DNA of 64,000 bases from a virus (taxonomy: Duplodnaviria; Heunggongvirae; Uroviricota; Caudoviricetes): positions 132,142 through 196,141 of the IMG/VR virus record IMGVR_UViG_3300037466_001997. One strand, 5' to 3'. A program made the translations under genes and the position numbers. Below the pieces are notes generated by a model. It made no database searches, was not told where the DNA came from, and saw nothing but the letters and a program-made list of their open reading frames with translations. Shown here one piece after another: positions 62,711-64,000 of this stretch; positions within the stretch are counted from its first letter, which is position 1, and every line of letters starts with the position of its first letter.

Positions 62711-62931
62711 TGGGGAGCTACACTCACGCAATCGACACGTTCATCAGTCAGGGTCCATCTGGGTCCGCCACCCCAGAAACTTTTCTTGGATTCATCATAT
62801 TTCATCAGAAGGGTTGTCTTGGCGTTCATGCAGGAATCCATGGAATCGAAAGGGACGATTGTTGGGACATCATTACCATTGATTGTGCCAGCATTGGAAA
62901 AGATAACCAATAGTGCCATTACTTTGATCAT
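62707..62931 (-). CDS. small exported protein with Cys pair
   Basis: hydrophobic N-terminus; F.SM..C..A ... C. Confidence 0.55.
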   Translation of the reverse strand: MIKVMALLVIFSNAGTINGNDVPTIVPFDSMDSCMNAKTTLLMKYDESKKSFWGGGPRWTLTDERVDCVSVAPQ

Positions 62932-63125
62932 TCTTTGAAACTATCCTTGATGACCATGAATATGAAAAGAACGGCCAGAAGTGGCCATAATACAGATACC
63001 AGCATCGACATGATCTTGATATCCATGTCGTCTTTACCGGCATATGGTGTATGTTGAGCGCAGAAGCTGAACATGTAGAAAACTGGAATGATGGCAAGAA
63101 AATATAGAATAGTTGCGGGCAGCAT
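62928..63125 (-). CDS. small membrane protein
   Basis: two TM helices, LWP motif. Confidence 0.6.
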   Translation of the reverse strand: MLPATILYFLAIIPVFYMFSFCAQHTPYAGKDDMDIKIMSMLVSVLWPLLAVLFIFMVIKDSFKE

Positions 63126-63430
63126 TAGTCGTCGTAATCCGTCTTTTTTGGTTTCGGTCTTTTCATGTAATTATTCAATTCTCTATACTCTCTGGTATCG
63201 GAATTGCGTTCTGTTACTCGGTCGCTGCAACATGCATTGTGGAAGGCTTCCAACTCTGTCTGTTCAAGCATGGTGAAGCCGACATACCGGTACACTTCCT
63301 TGTTGCCATAGGAATCGGTCGCAATGCTCATTTTGAAGGGAGCGAAATATTCAGCGTCGATTGTGATCCGGTGGATGTCTTCATCGGTATGATCAATCCA
63401 ATCCACATATGGCGCAGTGTTGTGATACAT
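63125..63430 (-). CDS. hypothetical protein
   Basis: likely start MYHNT. Confidence 0.5.
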   Translation of the reverse strand: MYHNTAPYVDWIDHTDEDIHRITIDAEYFAPFKMSIATDSYGNKEVYRYVGFTMLEQTELEAFHNACCSDRVTERNSDTREYRELNNYMKRPKPKKTDYDD

Positions 63431-63438
63431 GTTTTGTT

Positions 63439-63687
63439 TTATTCCGGGCCAATGATATCCTTGCCGATGATATAGGCAAAGACGCAAAGCATGAGTAGCA
63501 AAAAGAAGCCTAGCAGGACGAAGATGAAGGCGGGGAAGAATGTTACGATGGTAATCAGACCAGCGAGCGCAGCACAGAAGCTCCCGACAACAAGCAAGCC
63601 CATGCCAAAGCGTTTGGCTTCCAGTGCAAAGCGTTTATAGGGGTCTTTGTCTGGGTCATATGGCGGCTCTAGATATTCAGTTGCCAT
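63439..63687 (-). CDS. membrane protein
   Basis: two TM helices. Confidence 0.6.
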   Translation of the reverse strand: MATEYLEPPYDPDKDPYKRFALEAKRFGMGLLVVGSFCAALAGLITIVTFFPAFIFVLLGFFLLLMLCVFAYIIGKDIIGPE

Positions 63688-63919
63688 TGTCTACCCATAA
63701 TTTTTCTATGCGCTTGGCTTCTTGATGGTCGGCATAGAGAATGCGAGCAACGAAGCCAACGACATAGACGATAAAGCCGATCATGCCAGCTGCAAACAGG
63801 ATTTGCAGCACGGGCAATATGAGCGGAATCGATGTCAGCCAAACGATGAAAGTGACAAACAGGACGAAGCCGCTGCACAGGAGCGAGCCGATTCCAAAAT
63901 TTTTTAAATGTTCGATCAA
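63677..63919 (-). CDS. membrane protein
   Basis: two TM helices; TTG start with AAGGCGGA RBS. Confidence 0.6.
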   Translation of the reverse strand: MIEHLKNFGIGSLLCSGFVLFVTFIVWLTSIPLILPVLQILFAAGMIGFIVYVVGFVARILYADHQEAKRIEKLWVDNGN

Positions 63920-64000
63920 AAAAATCCGCCTTTATAGATGTCGAGAATCATCCATCCGAGGATATAGGACAGGATGCCGATCAAGATGAAAAATACGATT

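Overview
A 64-kb segment of a T4-superfamily myophage genome. The host is most likely an alphaproteobacterium, judged from a permuted two-piece tmRNA with tag ANDNVAHEFAVAA and from CTTGAC-N16/17-TATAT-type early promoters. Layout: (1) 0-4.2 kb, + strand: tmRNA, an unknown ~200-nt structured RNA, an orphan BrnA-like antitoxin, a PRTase-like protein, gp33, gp59 and gp32. (2) 4.3-40.7 kb, mostly - strand, late genes under TATAAATA promoters: gp48, gp53, hub, gp5 (M15 peptidase plus tail lysozyme), PAAR, gp25, gp6, gp7, gp8, a large VrlC/DUF4815-type protein, fibres, a sulfotransferase/2OG-oxygenase/glycosyltransferase/methyltransferase island, gp13, gp14, gp15 and gp16, with gp4 divergent. (3) 40.7-64 kb: dense small early genes, mostly - strand, including five paralogous CxC...ND...H proteins, a probably inactive gp21 protease paralogue and a DNA methyltransferase. 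The most interesting candidates are, first, a module between gp13 and gp14 in which a separately promoted and terminated 134-aa beta protein sits next to a 1960-aa protein carrying about 40 copies of a 21-aa repeat plus lectin and propeller domains (possible templated bead-on-string filament). Second is a set of promoter-driven small RNAs with C-rich anti-Shine-Dalgarno loops (44.6-44.8 kb, and a tandem cluster at 49.4-50.0 kb). All assignments come from reading motifs by eye; no database searches were run.
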